Positions 45,356 through 47,200 of a stretch of DNA of 47,200 nt are shown piece by piece; the stretch's first letter is position 1, and the number at the start of each line of letters is the position of its first letter. The notes below the pieces were generated by a model that was not told where the DNA came from, did not search any database, and saw only the letters and a list, made by a program, of their open reading frames with translations. Source of the stretch: a virus (Duplodnaviria > Caudoviricetes). Location of the stretch: positions 1 to 47,200 of the IMG/VR virus record IMGVR_UViG_3300044500_000058; one strand, 5' to 3'. A program made the position numbers and the translations under genes.

Positions 45356-46492
45356 CTACCTCGAGCCTTCCGCGATCCCGAGCCCGATGGCTTCGGCCAT
45401 GTTCTTCGGCGCCGGGCGGGCGCCGCCGGCCGGGTTCGAAGCGCGTAGCGGAGTGTTGCCGCCCCCGTTGGCCGCCGGAGAACCCGGAGTGACCCCAACG
45501 GGCCGGGGTGACGGCGCAACGGGAGCCGGCAACTTGTCGTAGGCGCGCTTGAAGGTCGCAGCCCACTGTGACGGATGAATCTGTTCGAAGACCGGCTTGA
45601 GCGTTTCCACCAGGATCACGCGCTTCGCCGCGTAGTGCGGATCCGCTTTCAGCGTCGCCTCGAGCGCGTCCAACTCACTGCGCCCCTGCGTCAGCGCCTG
45701 CTGATCGTTCTGCGCCTGATGATTTTGGAGCATGCGCTGCTCCGAACCTTTACGTTCCAGCTTCGAGCGCTCGCGCGCCGCGGCGACCTCGGTCGCGTAC
45801 TCGGGACTGATCTGCCCGCGGCCGACGGCTTGGATCAAATCCTCGTGCCCCTCGAGGAAGTTGACCCCCGGCACCGGCTTGCCAAGCGAGCGCGCCAGCA
45901 CGCTGATCTCGGCCTGCATGATCTCGAGCGCCTTCTCACGGTCGGCGCGCGAATTGCTGTTGACGAGCGACAGGTACTGCAGCGACTGCTGGTACTGCTG
46001 CGGGCTCGCACCGGTGCGCTGCACCATGTCGACCATCATGTCGCGGTCGCGCGTGGTCTCTTCCAGCTTCGGCACCAGCTCCTTGATCTTGCTGGACATG
46101 AGCTGAAACCGCTCTTTCGTCTCGCGCTTGAGCGCGTTCGGCAGCGGGTCATTCAGCGCCTTCTCGAGCGCCGCCTCGGGCGTTAGAGCTGGCTGTGCAG
46201 GCTCGCCAGCAGGCTTGCTTTCCAGCTCACCAGTCGGTGATTGATCTCCAGCCGGGCTGCCGTCAGCATCTGGCCGAACTTCACTCGCTCCTGCGACATC
46301 AGTTGCCGCAGGTGCATCTCCGCCTGGTGCTCCAGGCTCAACAGACGCAGGCGCGCTTTGCTCAGCGCTTTCATCAGGTACTGCTTGAACATCGGGCGTG
46401 GTCTCCGGGGGTGGGGAAGACGCCGGCGCCGGCGAGGCATCGGCAATCCCTTGGTTGACTGCGGCCATCAGGCCGGCTTCATCGATCGGCAT
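45356..46492 (-). CDS. Capsid scaffolding protein
   Basis: GGAGAGG SD; acidic P/A-rich N-terminus, long helical core, short amphipathic C-terminal helix; lies between portal and MCP. Confidence 0.75.
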   Translation of the reverse strand: MPIDEAGLMAAVNQGIADASPAPASSPPPETTPDVQAVPDESAEQSAPASVEPGAPGGDAPAATDVAGASEVRPDADGSPAGDQSPTGELESKPAGEPAQPALTPEAALEKALNDPLPNALKRETKERFQLMSSKIKELVPKLEETTRDRDMMVDMVQRTGASPQQYQQSLQYLSLVNSNSRADREKALEIMQAEISVLARSLGKPVPGVNFLEGHEDLIQAVGRGQISPEYATEVAAARERSKLERKGSEQRMLQNHQAQNDQQALTQGRSELDALEATLKADPHYAAKRVILVETLKPVFEQIHPSQWAATFKRAYDKLPAPVAPSPRPVGVTPGSPAANGGGNTPLRASNPAGGARPAPKNMAEAIGLGIAEGSR

Positions 46493-46504
46493 CTTCCTCT
46501 CCTG

Positions 46505-46885
46505 TCAGTCGTTACTGCCAAACACGTTTTGGCCTTTCGCAAGCTGCGCCTGTGCGTGAGCAATGGCTTTCTGTTGAACAGACGGCATCAGCTTGTTGAA
46601 AAACTGTGGGTCCTGCGGATCCAGCGAGAGTAGGTGGCGCACCTCTTCCGCCGTGAGCGTCGGAACCACAAGCGGCACGTCCATTTCCTTGCCGTTGATC
46701 CGATACCCCGCGCTCAATTCCGTCGATATGTCGCCGTCCGGTCGCTTGAGCAGCCCAAGCCACCCTTCGCCTTTCTGTGTCCCGTCTTCGCGCTTGCCGA
46801 AATCCTTCGCAGTCACGAATCTCGAATTTGCTTCTGCAATCCCCTGATTCACTGCCTGTAGCATTCCCTTGGGGTCGGTCATCAC
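46505..46885 (-). CDS. Phage hypothetical protein with scaffold-like N-terminal helix
   Basis: GKREDGTQKG.GWLG...STELS...PL.VPTLT..E core; N-terminal AVNQGIAEA. Confidence 0.7.
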   Translation of the reverse strand: MMTDPKGMLQAVNQGIAEANSRFVTAKDFGKREDGTQKGEGWLGLLKRPDGDISTELSAGYRINGKEMDVPLVVPTLTAEEVRHLLSLDPQDPQFFNKLMPSVQQKAIAHAQAQLAKGQNVFGSND

Positions 46886-47200
46886 TGCACCATGCCGGTA
46901 TCCGGCGGAGGCGGCATCAACTGAGACGGGTCCATCGGACCGGAATCCATCGGCGGGCTGCCAGTTTCAGGCCCCGCGGGTACTGCGCCGGGCACGGCGG
47001 CAGCGTTCGGATCACCGGGTACGGCGCCGGGCCCGCCCAGGCCGGGTGCACCGGGCGCGCCCGGCATTTGTGGGGGCATCTGAGGTATGAAACGCGAGAC
47101 ATCCGTCTCATCTCCCATCCGCTTCATGGTCTCCTTGACCAGTTCGGTCTGTGCCACCGCCAACGGCAGGTTGCCGCTGACTTGCGCCATCTGGATCTGC
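46882..47200 (-). CDS. Probable portal protein, C-terminal fragment (partial)
   Basis: Open to the window edge; Q/M/P-rich tail typical of podoviral portals; upstream of the scaffold. Confidence 0.6.
   Translation of the reverse strand, partial: QIQMAQVSGNLPLAVAQTELVKETMKRMGDETDVSRFIPQMPPQMPGAPGAPGLGGPGAVPGDPNAAAVPGAVPAGPETGSPPMDSGPMDPSQLMPPPPDTGMVQ

Overview
This window is most of the genome of a GC-rich tailed dsDNA phage, probably podovirus-like, of a Gram-negative host (it has an Rz/Rz1-type spanin pair and a sigma54/IHF-type promoter). I see no integrase, CI-type repressor, RNA polymerase, tRNA, CRISPR array or reverse transcriptase. It begins inside the terminase large subunit and ends inside a probable portal gene, both on the minus strand, so it looks like a linearised circular/permuted genome missing a short terL-portal stretch. 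A non-coding control region (about 1630-2075) separates two divergent arms. The + arm (2077-16813) carries small early genes, a prim-pol/VirE primase-helicase, a DUF2800 nuclease, a DUF2815 SSB, a family A DNA polymerase, VRR-NUC, a C5 methyltransferase, an SNF2 helicase, DUF3310 and an N4/N6 methyltransferase. The - arm carries scaffold, an ATP-grasp plus two glycosyltransferase-like genes, major capsid, tail adaptor/nozzle, ejection proteins, a collagen fibre, a repeated fibre-tip domain family, lysis genes split by a giant FN3-repeat protein, and a metallophosphoesterase. The main findings are: (1) an apparently complete sigma54 enhancer promoter (three palindromic sites, an IHF site and a -24/-12 box) in front of the early genes; (2) a putative virion-modification module (Maf/GT42-like transferase, DxD glycosyltransferase, ATP-grasp ligase) between scaffold and capsid; (3) three micro-ORFs sharing a synonymously conserved leader peptide; (4) a two-subunit C5 methyltransferase encoded in nested reading frames. 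All family assignments come from motif recognition by eye, not from database searches.
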